A stretch of 53,848 nucleotides of DNA, taken from contig JAPLKF010000164.1 of the NCBI GenBank assembly GCA_026388215.1, positions 1 to 53,848 of the forward strand. The letters run 5' to 3'. The position numbers and the translations under genes are program-made. Position 1 is the first letter of the stretch. Every line of letters starts with the position of its first letter. Under the pieces are notes generated by a model, which was not told the origin of the DNA, did not search any database, and saw only the letters and a program-made list of their open reading frames with translations. Source of the DNA: Pseudomonadota bacterium. GTDB taxonomy: Bacteria > Desulfobacterota > Syntrophorhabdia > Syntrophorhabdales > Syntrophorhabdaceae. Below, in pieces: positions 1-9,022 of the stretch.

Positions 1-295
1 CCTTTCCTTTAAGTATGCCTTCCCCATCCCCTATGAATACCACCGATACCGTATGAAATCGGGGGTCCCTACCCGGTTTTGAGTAGGTGTGGAATTGTTC
101 AATTAATTTGACATCAAGAGAGGTCTCTTCTTTTGCTTCCCTTATTGCTGCCTCTTCGAGGGATTCATTTACTTCAACAAATCCTCCGGGCAGTGCCCAT
201 CCTGGAGGAGGGTTTTTCCGTTCAATGAGAACAATCCCACCCTTGTAACGGATGATAATGTCCACGGTGAGTAAGGGGGTTTTTATAGTATTCAA
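1..295 (-). CDS. NUDIX hydrolase (3' end runs off the window)
   Basis: Absent from the ORF track because it is edge-truncated. My minus-strand translation reads ...[83 protein letters not shown]..., which contains a Nudix box (GGx5Ex7REx2EExG). Start is uncertain: TTG at 295 or GTG at 265. Confidence 0.7.
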   Translation of the reverse strand, partial: MNTIKTPLLTVDIIIRYKGGIVLIERKNPPPGWALPGGFVEVNESLEEAAIREAKEETSLDVKLIEQFHTYSKPGRDPRFHTVSVVFIGDGEGILKGK

Positions 296-314
296 TGCCG
301 CCCTTTTATATCTT

Positions 315-375
315 AAGGATTCGAGGGTTCAAGTGACGTTCTCTCGACCCCTCGAATCCTTGAATCCTTTTTTTT
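315..375 (+). repeat. Palindromic 'word' element: 13-bp perfect stem (AAGGATTCGAGGG / CCCTCGAATCCTT) followed by GAATCC and a T8 run
   Basis: Read directly: 315-327 pairs with 349-361, with a T-run at 368-375. It is built from GGATTC/GGGTTC/TCAAG words also seen at 9934-9994 and 18097-18152. It lies in a divergent intergenic region, so it is not an obvious terminator for any gene. Confidence 0.6.
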
Positions 376-409
376 CACTGTATATTTACAACAACATACC
401 ATTTATGTT

Positions 410-1162
410 ATGCATTGTGCAATTATGGGTTTTGACATTATCATTGATAGTCACTCACACTGGGGACCATCAATGACAATGGGTACTGATGTGACAACGA
501 GGGAATTATTGCATCAGCAGGAGGAGTCAGGCATAACACATGTTGCTATCATCCCCTTTCCCTCCACGGCGATTTCAAGCAATGAAATAAACATAAGGCT
601 TCTAAATGAGACAAAGAAGATAAAAACATTTATCCCGTATCACTACATCAGAGAAGATTACGACAGGGAAGGCTTTGAACCCATACCTGATGCGTACTGC
701 GGTGGTAAGTGGCACTGGATGAGAGGGTGGCAGGATTCAGCCTCCAATTACAAAGTGCTTGAGGATAAGAAAATGCCGGAATTGATTGAAAAACTAAGAA
801 AGATTGGTAAGCCGATTATCTTTGAAGAGGAGTTCTCGTTTACGGAAAAATTTGTAGAGATGTTTGAAGGACTTACACTTATCATACCTCATCTTGGCAT
901 GCTCGGTGGAAATCCCATGGATTTCCTCAAGAGTTTCAAGAATAAGGAGTTTATTCATTTCGATACAGCCCTTGCACAGCAGAGTACAATTCTAAAATTC
1001 ATCGAAACCATAGGCTCTGAAAGGGTGTTATTCGGTTCCGATGTTCCTTTTAGTTACATGAAGGGCGAACTATCAAAAGTTCTCACCCTGTCTATCCCAT
1101 ACGAAGACAAAGAAAAGGTTCTTTTCAAGAATTTCATCAGGCTTACAAATTTCAAGGTGTAG
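410..1162 (+). CDS. Metal-dependent amidohydrolase-fold (TIM-barrel) hydrolase
   Basis: ORF track. N-terminal IIDSHSHWG (HxH metal motif) and ...LFGSDVPF... near the C-terminus fit the amidohydrolase_2 pattern. ATG at 425 (MGFDIIID) is an alternative start. Confidence 0.55.
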   Translation: MHCAIMGFDIIIDSHSHWGPSMTMGTDVTTRELLHQQEESGITHVAIIPFPSTAISSNEINIRLLNETKKIKTFIPYHYIREDYDREGFEPIPDAYCGGKWHWMRGWQDSASNYKVLEDKKMPELIEKLRKIGKPIIFEEEFSFTEKFVEMFEGLTLIIPHLGMLGGNPMDFLKSFKNKEFIHFDTALAQQSTILKFIETIGSERVLFGSDVPFSYMKGELSKVLTLSIPYEDKEKVLFKNFIRLTNFKV

Positions 1163-1261
1163 TATCCCGTCCTTTTTTATATCCATCTGATGCCACTTCA
1201 CAATGAACCCCCAGAGATGTATTCCTTACAAACCGTCACTTTTTAAATTAAGTTTGCCTTA

Positions 1262-2020
1262 TTATAATATCAACTTCTGAGGGTCTACCTCTTCCCTTAA
1301 AATTCTTAGTTCTTCGGCTGATGGTGGTAATGCTTCAACTGCCCTCGAGATATCTATCGTGAAGCCAGTATTCTCAATGATTCTGTCAATGGTGATACCC
1401 GGATAGTATTCGGCAAGATACATTTCTTTTGTTTCCTCATCAAATTTCATAACGCAGAGGTTTGTCACGACTGCAAATGCTCCACCTCTCTGCAAGCCGA
1501 GTCTTTTCCTTGAATCTCCACCCTTATACCAGCCCACGCTTGTCAGATAGTCAAGTTTATCAACGAATCTCCTCTTTTCGTGCTGCATGAAGGTGATTAC
1601 GCCGGAGGCGAATGATGAAACATCACATGCCCCGCCGCTTCCGGAGAACCTTGTTTTCGGTCTATGGTAATCCCCGATGACCGTTGTGTTGAGATTTCCA
1701 TACTTGTCAATCTGGGCTGCCCCAAGAAATGCAACCGTATGGAATTTTCTGTGCCCGACTATTGAAAAGGCATCTATCAAACCTGAATTTAAACAAGTCC
1801 CGCTCATTACCCTTGAATCTGATACAGCCATGGGTATTTCTTCAAGGGATGGATCAACCCCGCCTGTTTCAAAGAAGACAACCGCCTTCGGCGCATAAAT
1901 CCTTTTTGCTGCTGTAGCCGCAAGTATCGACACCCCTGTCCCTGCAAACACAATGTCACCGTCTTTAATGAATCTGCCTGCGCTTATTGCCTTCATTTCG
2001 TTGTCTGTATATTGAGTCAT
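1262..2020 (-). CDS. Family I CoA-transferase, beta subunit (GctB/AtoA-like)
   Basis: ORF track. Contains ...VVFFETGGV... (catalytic-type ExG) and ...SGSGGACDV.... It starts 14 nt after the stop of the alpha-subunit gene, on the same strand. Confidence 0.75.
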   Translation of the reverse strand: MTQYTDNEMKAISAGRFIKDGDIVFAGTGVSILAATAAKRIYAPKAVVFFETGGVDPSLEEIPMAVSDSRVMSGTCLNSGLIDAFSIVGHRKFHTVAFLGAAQIDKYGNLNTTVIGDYHRPKTRFSGSGGACDVSSFASGVITFMQHEKRRFVDKLDYLTSVGWYKGGDSRKRLGLQRGGAFAVVTNLCVMKFDEETKEMYLAEYYPGITIDRIIENTGFTIDISRAVEALPPSAEELRILREEVDPQKLIL

Positions 2021-2034
2021 CTTTGTATCCTCCC

Positions 2035-3012
2035 TTATTTCCTATCAAGACCAGGGGCATAACCCAATACAGGATTTGCCTTAATTCTCGAAAGTGCCGT
2101 CCAGCCGATCTTTTCAAGGTATTCCTCGTGGCTTGAAACCCCGTATGCCCACTCGTCAAGATATTTTTTGAAGAGGGCTTCATCTTCCGCTACCTTTTTA
2201 TAGAGATTTAGGTGTTTCGGGTCATAATCATAAAATGCATAACATGCTGTTGGATGAGCACCATACGGGACCCTTACAATCGCATCGACAAAAAAAGGTG
2301 GGAGCGAGTTCTGGTCAGGGTCAAGCCTGATAAATGACCGGGGCACAATTTCCTCGCATGTGACAATGACTATATCTGCTGATTTTGCCTGTTCTATATC
2401 GGTAAAGGTAAGACCTTTTATCCTTACCGTGCCGTCTTCTCCCACATATTGTGCGTGTATGAGTGCTACGTCAGGTGTGAGGGCGGGAAGTAGCACTACT
2501 TTATCCTCAACGCCATTAAAAGGATTATCTATCACGACATACTTCCTCGATGCGACCTTCCGTTCTTTCCTGATCTTTTTTGAAAATCCCTCAAGGTTGA
2601 TGAGGTCTGAGCCGAGACCTGACTTTGTCGGTATAAATGGTATTCCCAGAGCACCGGCTAAAAATCGTAAGCTCATCTGATAGTTGGAATAATCTTCAAA
2701 CTCAATTTCTCCCCTCTGGATAGCCTTTTTGAATCGAATACAGGTGGGGGCATACCTCCCGTTACCACCATAGGCTATCTCTAACCTCTTCACGCAGCCA
2801 GCACCAATCAAAACATCGAGTGCCTGACCATGAGAATGGCACACAAGATGTAAGTCTTTGAGCCCCTGTCTTATGATTTCGTATGCAATTGCCATGGGAT
2901 TTCTCGCTATGGTAAATCCTCCGAGAACAATCTGGCTGCCATTTTTAATATATCTCTTCACAGCTTCTTTTGGGGTCATCAACTTGTCAGCTATTTCAGG
3001 ATATGCGCTCAT
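2035..3012 (-). CDS. Family I CoA-transferase, alpha subunit (GctA/AtoD-like)
   Basis: ORF track. Length, ...GSQIVLGGFTIARNPMA... and pairing with the beta subunit fit the two-subunit glutaconate/3-oxoacid CoA-transferase layout. Confidence 0.75.
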   Translation of the reverse strand: MSAYPEIADKLMTPKEAVKRYIKNGSQIVLGGFTIARNPMAIAYEIIRQGLKDLHLVCHSHGQALDVLIGAGCVKRLEIAYGGNGRYAPTCIRFKKAIQRGEIEFEDYSNYQMSLRFLAGALGIPFIPTKSGLGSDLINLEGFSKKIRKERKVASRKYVVIDNPFNGVEDKVVLLPALTPDVALIHAQYVGEDGTVRIKGLTFTDIEQAKSADIVIVTCEEIVPRSFIRLDPDQNSLPPFFVDAIVRVPYGAHPTACYAFYDYDPKHLNLYKKVAEDEALFKKYLDEWAYGVSSHEEYLEKIGWTALSRIKANPVLGYAPGLDRK

Positions 3013-3203
3013 TTAATTTTCTCCTTTATCTCTGTCTATATATTATTTTGTATGCTGCAAAACTCTGAATTTCAGTCAATATATTGCTTTCACCATTCAT
3101 TGTTGTCAAGCTTTTTATACATGTCAGCTGATAGTGTTATAGGTAATGAAACGCAGGTTTTTGATTTAGTGATTCAGGTTATTGAGGGGGGGCAAGAAAA
3201 GGG

Positions 3204-3233
3204 TTGACAACGAATATATCATTGCCATAAGAT
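3204..3233 (+). promoter_or_regulatory. Candidate sigma70-type promoter for the TAXI-TRAP genes
   Basis: TTGACA at 3204-3209, a 16-nt spacer, then CATAAG at 3226-3231, about 70 nt upstream of the 3301 start. Pattern match only. Confidence 0.3.
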
Positions 3234-3300
3234 GAAAGTGGCATGTTAGTTGATTTTTTGTACAGGTATTTTAACTAATTTCTTTATAAGGAGGTAAGGA

Positions 3301-4314
3301 ATGGATTTTGACCGTTTATTTGAAAAGGATAAGGAACTGAGAAGGCGTGATTTTCTTAAATTGACCGGTGCCCTTGGTGGTGCCATGCTTCTTGGTAATA
3401 CAGGCAAAGTTTTTGCCCAGGCAAAAAAGAGAATATCTATAGCCACTGGAGGCATGGGCGGTGTTTATTTCGTAATAGGGGGAGGAATGGCCAGCATCCT
3501 GACAAAATATGCCGGAGTGGAAGCTGCTGCTGAAGTAACATCGGCCTCTGTTGATAATTGTAAGCTCATCGGCGCAAAAAAATCTGATACGGGCTTAATC
3601 ATGGCCGACACGGGATATGATGCGTATAAAGGTATAGGAAACTTTAAAGGCAGACCGATTCCCTTAAGGACATTGACAGTTTTGTATCCAAATTTAATGC
3701 ATGTGGTGACCCTTGAAGGAAAGGGCATTAAAAAAGTGGCTGATTTAAAAGGGAAGAGGGTATCTACTGGTTCCCCTGGAAGCGGAACCGAGGTAAAGGC
3801 ATTAAGGGTTCTCGAGGCGGCTGGGATTAACCATGAAAAGGACATAAAGAAGGATAGGCTTGGCGCAGGCGAGTCGGCAGGTGCATTGAAGGATGGCAAA
3901 ATTGATGCATATTTTTGGGATGGTGGTGTTCCCACGTCATCAGTCCTTGACCTTGCTTCCTCACCAGGAATCAAAATGGTACTCATCTCTCATGAGGATC
4001 TTGTCCCCAAGATGATAGAGAAATACGGACCTGTCTATTATAAATCAATTATTCCCAAGAAGGCTTATACTGGCATGGACCATGACATACAGGTAGCTTG
4101 TGTTGCTAATATACTCGTTTGTCATCAGGATATGGATGACACGTTAGCATATAATATTGTGAAAACAATACTTGAACATTTAAAGGAACTGGTAGCAATC
4201 CACAAGGAAGCCTTAAATATAAACCTTAAAGATGGTGGAAGCAGCAAGGCTGTTCCATACCACAAAGGTGCAGCAAAGTACTTTAAAGAAAAAGGAATCA
4301 GCGTCCCGGTTTAA
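3301..4314 (+). CDS. TAXI-family TRAP transporter solute-binding protein (Tat signal)
   Basis: Twin-arginine signal RRRDFLKLTGALGG. The mature part (...GGMGGVYFVIGGGMA...) resembles TAXI receptors, and the fused TRAP permease follows directly. Confidence 0.8.
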   Translation: MDFDRLFEKDKELRRRDFLKLTGALGGAMLLGNTGKVFAQAKKRISIATGGMGGVYFVIGGGMASILTKYAGVEAAAEVTSASVDNCKLIGAKKSDTGLIMADTGYDAYKGIGNFKGRPIPLRTLTVLYPNLMHVVTLEGKGIKKVADLKGKRVSTGSPGSGTEVKALRVLEAAGINHEKDIKKDRLGAGESAGALKDGKIDAYFWDGGVPTSSVLDLASSPGIKMVLISHEDLVPKMIEKYGPVYYKSIIPKKAYTGMDHDIQVACVANILVCHQDMDDTLAYNIVKTILEHLKELVAIHKEALNINLKDGGSSKAVPYHKGAAKYFKEKGISVPV

Positions 4315-4328
4315 AATGGTCAACATGG

Positions 4329-4363
4329 CACAGGAGCGTGAAATACCTCCTGTGTCTTTTTTT
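4329..4363 (+). terminator. Rho-independent hairpin between receptor and permease genes (intra-operon attenuator/terminator)
   Basis: CACAGGAG (4329-4336) pairs with CTCCTGTG (4347-4354), followed by TCTTTTTTT. Confidence 0.55.
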
Positions 4364-4477
4364 GTTTTTAATATAAGTTTCCTTATAAGAAGTCAGGTAT
4401 TGATTATTGGTGACAGTGGACCTTGAGACTAGGTCCATTTATTGCTATATTACAGGAATTCTCTGTGGAGGTAAGTT

Positions 4478-6463
4478 ATGGAAGACAAAGAAGAACATGT
4501 GGTAGATAAGGCAGCTGGAGAGTTAACCGAGGAACAGAAGAAAAAGTTAGAAGAAATTATAGAGGAAGAGGAAGGGGTTACCCGAAAGGTAACCGGTTTC
4601 TGGAATATTGTTATCACTGTGTTGGCAGTGGCAATGTCGGCATTTGCCATATATACTACGGTGAGACCTGTAACAACCCAGATTGTACGGGGCGTTTTTG
4701 TTGCCTTTTTACTTGCCCTTTCCTTTTTGTATTACCCGATGGCTAAAAAATACAAGGGAAAGATAAACTTAGTTGATATCATCTTGGCCCTGGCAGGGCT
4801 CGCATGTATCGCATATATGCTCATCGACTTTGAGGACTTCATATATCGGGCAGTCACCCCTGAGTTATGGGATAAGATCTTCGGGGTCCTATTCATACTC
4901 CTCGTATTGGAAGCTACCCGGAGAAGTTCGGGCTGGATCATGCCCATCGCATGCATTGCTTTCCTTATATATGCATATATAGGACCGTGGATTCCTGCCC
5001 CCTGGACACACAGGGGATATGATATAGAACGTATTATTGGTCATATGTATATGACATTGGAAGGCATATTCGGTGTTCCTATTGATGTCTCTTCAACAAT
5101 AATCATTATGTTCTGTATTTTCGGGGCTTTTCTTTCTGTATCAGGGGCAGGTAAATTTTACGTTGATTTTGCCTTCACCGCCATGGGGCACAAACCTGCA
5201 GCTGCAGGACGTTCAGTGGTAGTAACATCCTATTTTCTTGCTATGGCATCTGGTTCTGGGGTTGCCAATACTGTGGCAATCGGTTCTGTTGCATACCCGA
5301 TGCTCAAGAAGGCAGGATATGACAGGGATAACGCTGGCGGTTTTCTTGCTGCTGGTGGTATGGGGGCAATAACAACCCCACCGGTTATGGGTGCTGCGGC
5401 ATTCCTTATTGCTGAGTTTTTGAAAATCAGTTATGTTGATGTCATATTGCTTGCCCTAATACCTGCAGCGCTTTACTACTGGGGGCTTTTCGTCATGGTT
5501 GAATTCGACGCGAAAAAATTTGGCTTGAAAGCTGTCAAATTTGAAAAGAAATACACATTAATACAGCTCACTAAAATGTACGGTTTCCATTTTCTTCCCC
5601 TTATTGCCATAGTGGTTTTTCTGGTGAAGGGTTTTACCCCCCAGTTATCGGTCCTTGCTGCTGTTTTGACATGTTTCTTAGTATCATTTATCAGAAAAGA
5701 TACACGATTCACAGTACCGAAGGTTATCCAGGCCCTTAAGGAAGGTTCAGTGAATGTACTAAACGTTGCTGCTATCTGTGCATCGGCAGGTCTTATCGTC
5801 GGGACGGTAAGCCTAACAGGACTTGGCCTGAAGCTGTCAACAATTATTATCGGTTATGCTGGTGGAAACTTAATAATCACTGCGGTGTTTGCAGCTATCA
5901 TTCTATGGATTATAGGATTAGCTGTTCCAATCACCGCAACATATATTATTTCTGCGGTCATCGTAGCCCCTGCACTTACCCAGCTCGGGGTTCCGGAATA
6001 TGCAGCCCATATGTTCATCTTTTATTATGCCCTTCTCTCAGAGGTATCTCCACCAACCGCCCTGTCACCGTTTGCAGCAGCAGCAATCACAGGGGGTGAT
6101 CCATATAAAACTACAATGATGGCATGGAAATATGCGATAACAGCCTTCCTTCTTCCGTTTATCTTTGTTTTACTACCAGCAGGAAGGGCTTTGCTGCTGC
6201 ATTGGGAAGGTATTAGCATAACTGCAGGAATCTGGACTATTTTTACTGCATTTCTTGGGATAGGTATGCTTGCATCTGGTTGCTCTGGCTGGTTATTGAA
6301 AAGGTCGAATATTCTCGAACGTGTGATAACCATAATAGGTGCTTTAGGATTAGTGTATCCTCATAACTTAGGGGATGTTATCGGTTTTGTTTGCCTTGCT
6401 CTTGTAATTATTATGCAGAAAATGAGAAAAGGGGGTACAGGACCGGTTCAGGCAACAGCTTGA
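4478..6463 (+). CDS. TRAP transporter fused permease (TAXI-associated DctQM-type)
   Basis: A 661-aa polytopic membrane protein immediately downstream of the TAXI receptor. The acidic N-terminal tail followed by many TM segments is typical of fused TAXI-TRAP permeases. Confidence 0.8.
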   Translation: MEDKEEHVVDKAAGELTEEQKKKLEEIIEEEEGVTRKVTGFWNIVITVLAVAMSAFAIYTTVRPVTTQIVRGVFVAFLLALSFLYYPMAKKYKGKINLVDIILALAGLACIAYMLIDFEDFIYRAVTPELWDKIFGVLFILLVLEATRRSSGWIMPIACIAFLIYAYIGPWIPAPWTHRGYDIERIIGHMYMTLEGIFGVPIDVSSTIIIMFCIFGAFLSVSGAGKFYVDFAFTAMGHKPAAAGRSVVVTSYFLAMASGSGVANTVAIGSVAYPMLKKAGYDRDNAGGFLAAGGMGAITTPPVMGAAAFLIAEFLKISYVDVILLALIPAALYYWGLFVMVEFDAKKFGLKAVKFEKKYTLIQLTKMYGFHFLPLIAIVVFLVKGFTPQLSVLAAVLTCFLVSFIRKDTRFTVPKVIQALKEGSVNVLNVAAICASAGLIVGTVSLTGLGLKLSTIIIGYAGGNLIITAVFAAIILWIIGLAVPITATYIISAVIVAPALTQLGVPEYAAHMFIFYYALLSEVSPPTALSPFAAAAITGGDPYKTTMMAWKYAITAFLLPFIFVLLPAGRALLLHWEGISITAGIWTIFTAFLGIGMLASGCSGWLLKRSNILERVITIIGALGLVYPHNLGDVIGFVCLALVIIMQKMRKGGTGPVQATA

Positions 6464-6574
6464 GATCCTTGAGGGACGAGGAACGATGCTGGATACCTGA
6501 TAATGGATTGATGAAAGAAGCAATAAAGTTTGTAGGGCAGGCCCTTGCCTGTCAACATAAGGAGTGAGAAAAAA

Positions 6575-6603
6575 AGAGCCAGCATAATCTGCTGGCTCTT
6601 TTA
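6575..6603. terminator. Bidirectional rho-independent terminator between convergent genes
   Basis: AGAGCCAGCA (6575-6584) pairs with TGCTGGCTCT (6590-6599), flanked by an A-run upstream and a T-run downstream. It sits between the permease stop (6463) and the activase stop (6621). Confidence 0.6.
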
Positions 6604-6620
6604 GTTTCAGGATGTTTTTT

Positions 6621-7397
6621 TTAAGCTTTTTCGAGGGCGAGTATGGCTGCGCCGAGTGCACCTATAATCTGGGGTTCAACGTAAATTTTTAATGGGGTGT
6701 TCATGACCTTCTCGAGTGCTTTTACAACACCGATGTTTTTTGCAACACCGCCAGCCATTATTGCCTCTTTTTCAACACCACCCAGTCTGTTTATCAAACC
6801 CATGGTTCTGTCAGCTATAGCCCTGTGGATACCATAAAGGATATCTTCCAGTTCTTCTCCTTCACTTACAAGGGAAATAACCTCTGATTCTGCGAAAACG
6901 GTGCATATACTGCTTATCGTTAAATCTTTCTTGTGACCTAATGATATGTCACCTATCTTGTCAAGGTCCACATTCAGTGCCTTTGCCATTACTTCGAGGA
7001 ATCTGCCTGTGCCAGCTGCACATTTATCATTCATCTCGAATTCAACAACGCGCCCTTTTTCGTTAACCCTTATTACCTTGGTATCCTGCCCGCCAATGTC
7101 AATGATTGTCCTTGCATCAGGAAACAGATAGTTCACACCTTTTGCGAGGCATGTAATTTCTGTAACAGATTCTTTTGCAAAGGCAGCCCTTTTTCTCCCG
7201 CAGCCGGTTGAAATTGTATATGATATATCGGATGCATCCTTTCCTGGATATGCAAGAACCTTTTCAAGGGCAATTTCAGCAGTCTTTCTTGAATCAGCTC
7301 CAGTCTGGAGTATTGTATAACCGACAATACCCATCTCTTTATCAAAGAGGAGGGCTTCTGTTGTAATAGAACCTATATCAATCCCTGCGACTAACAT
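6621..7397 (-). CDS. BcrAD/BadFG/HgdC-family ATPase (2-hydroxyacyl-CoA dehydratase / benzoyl-CoA reductase-type activase)
   Basis: MLVAGIDIGS..., DKCAAGTGRFLE and SSICTVFAESEV (the two cluster-ligand Cys contexts of HgdC-like activators). 258 aa. Confidence 0.8.
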   Translation of the reverse strand: MLVAGIDIGSITTEALLFDKEMGIVGYTILQTGADSRKTAEIALEKVLAYPGKDASDISYTISTGCGRKRAAFAKESVTEITCLAKGVNYLFPDARTIIDIGGQDTKVIRVNEKGRVVEFEMNDKCAAGTGRFLEVMAKALNVDLDKIGDISLGHKKDLTISSICTVFAESEVISLVSEGEELEDILYGIHRAIADRTMGLINRLGGVEKEAIMAGGVAKNIGVVKALEKVMNTPLKIYVEPQIIGALGAAILALEKA

Positions 7398-7412
7398 ATC
7401 ATTACCACTCTT

Positions 7413-7628
7413 CTATTCTATAATGGCAAGCACAGTGTCTGCCTCAACTTCCTGGCCTGCAGATACCATTATCTCTTTAATCACACCACCTGCTGGTGCA
7501 ACGATGGGCATTTCCATCTTCATTGCTTCAAGGGTTACTATCTGATCATCTTCATTGACTGTGTCTCCAACCTTAACACTAACAGTTACTATTTTTCCAA
7601 CCATCGGAACCGTTACTTCTGTAGCCAT
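7413..7628 (-). CDS. Biotin carboxyl-carrier (biotinyl/lipoyl domain) protein
   Basis: A 71-aa stand-alone domain with the EAMKM biotinylation motif. Confidence 0.8.
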   Translation of the reverse strand: MATEVTVPMVGKIVTVSVKVGDTVNEDDQIVTLEAMKMEMPIVAPAGGVIKEIMVSAGQEVEADTVLAIIE

Positions 7629-7654
7629 ATATATACCTCCTTAAAATTTGCTAT

Positions 7655-8812
7655 TTAAGCCTTCCTGTAACCCAGGGCAAACTGGGCAATTATCATCTTC
7701 TGAATGTTTGAAGTACCTTCAACAATCTGGTAGGATTTTGCGTCTCTCAGATATCTTTCTACAGGATACTCTGAAGAGAATCCGTAGGAACCGAATATCT
7801 TTACTGCTTCAGAGGCGCAGAAATTTGCAGATTCAGCAGCATAGTATTTTGCCATGGAGGTCTCAAGGGTGTTGTTCATCCCCTGGTCTTTCTGCCATGC
7901 AGCCCTTAAGACAAGCAGCTTCGCTGCTTCATGTTCAACATACATCCTTCCAATCTGTTCCTGTATCATCTGGAACTGGCCTATGGGCTGGCCGAACTGT
8001 TCCCTCTCATTAGCGTATTTTACAGCTTCCTCAATACAACTCTGTGCCACACCTACTGCCCTTGAAGCAGAGCTTAACCTTGTAAAATTAAGCATGGTCA
8101 TACAGATTGCAAAACCCTGACCAAGTTTTCCAACAAGGGCACTCTTCGGTATTTTTGCCTCTTCAAAGAATATCTCGCCTGTAGGAGCGCAGAATAACCC
8201 TAGCTTCGTAGTAATAGCCCTCTGGACGATGCCGGGGGTTTTGAAATCGACGAAGAAGGCAGACATACCTTTATGTTTTGCAGCCTTGTCCGTCATGGCA
8301 TAAACAATACCGCAATCACAGTATGGTACACCTGATATCCATGTTTTTGTGCCGTTAAGGATGAAACCATCATCAACTCCTACTGCTGTTGTCTTCATGC
8401 TGGCAACATCGGAGCCTGAATTTGGCTCTGTGATGGCAAAGCAACCACCACTTGTTCCTGCGATTAATCCTGGCAGAAACTGTTCCTTTAATTCATCGCT
8501 TCCGAACTTCAGAAGAGCTGACTGGGGACCATTCATCTGGAGGTTGAAGGGGAGACCCCAGGATGGGCTTACTCTGGCAACCTCAATTGCCATAAGGGTT
8601 GCTGCCATATTACCCTCTTCAAGCTCAAGCCCGCCGAATTTTTCAGGGGCCAGACAGGCAAACATTCCCTGATCACCCATCTTCTTCATAATTTCCGGAC
8701 GGTATTTGTGTTCCTTTTCGTCTTCTTCCATTGTAGGTTTAATATTCTTTACAGCAAAGTCATAGGCCATTTTACGCATTGATTCTAATTCCTCAGATAT
8801 CTTGAAATCCAT
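7655..8812 (-). CDS. Acyl-CoA dehydrogenase (short-chain/glutaryl-CoA class; substrate not assignable)
   Basis: 385 aa with ...GCFAITEPNSGSD... and ...YQIVEGTSNIQ... (catalytic Glu context), both typical ACAD signatures. Confidence 0.85.
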   Translation of the reverse strand: MDFKISEELESMRKMAYDFAVKNIKPTMEEDEKEHKYRPEIMKKMGDQGMFACLAPEKFGGLELEEGNMAATLMAIEVARVSPSWGLPFNLQMNGPQSALLKFGSDELKEQFLPGLIAGTSGGCFAITEPNSGSDVASMKTTAVGVDDGFILNGTKTWISGVPYCDCGIVYAMTDKAAKHKGMSAFFVDFKTPGIVQRAITTKLGLFCAPTGEIFFEEAKIPKSALVGKLGQGFAICMTMLNFTRLSSASRAVGVAQSCIEEAVKYANEREQFGQPIGQFQMIQEQIGRMYVEHEAAKLLVLRAAWQKDQGMNNTLETSMAKYYAAESANFCASEAVKIFGSYGFSSEYPVERYLRDAKSYQIVEGTSNIQKMIIAQFALGYRKA

Positions 8813-9022
8813 ATTTTTCTCTCCTTTCCTTCAGAATGTGAAACTATTAACAAACTATATTAACAAAGCAGGTTTTTCATGTCAAGCTTATTTTTATAAA
8901 ATGTGGATGATACATGATGAGGGCAGAAAGCAGAAAGAAAGCAATATAAAGTTATTGCAGGATAGGCAAGGCTTTGATATAATAACCTCCAGGTTTTATA
9001 TCCAATCCAAATAGGAGTATCA

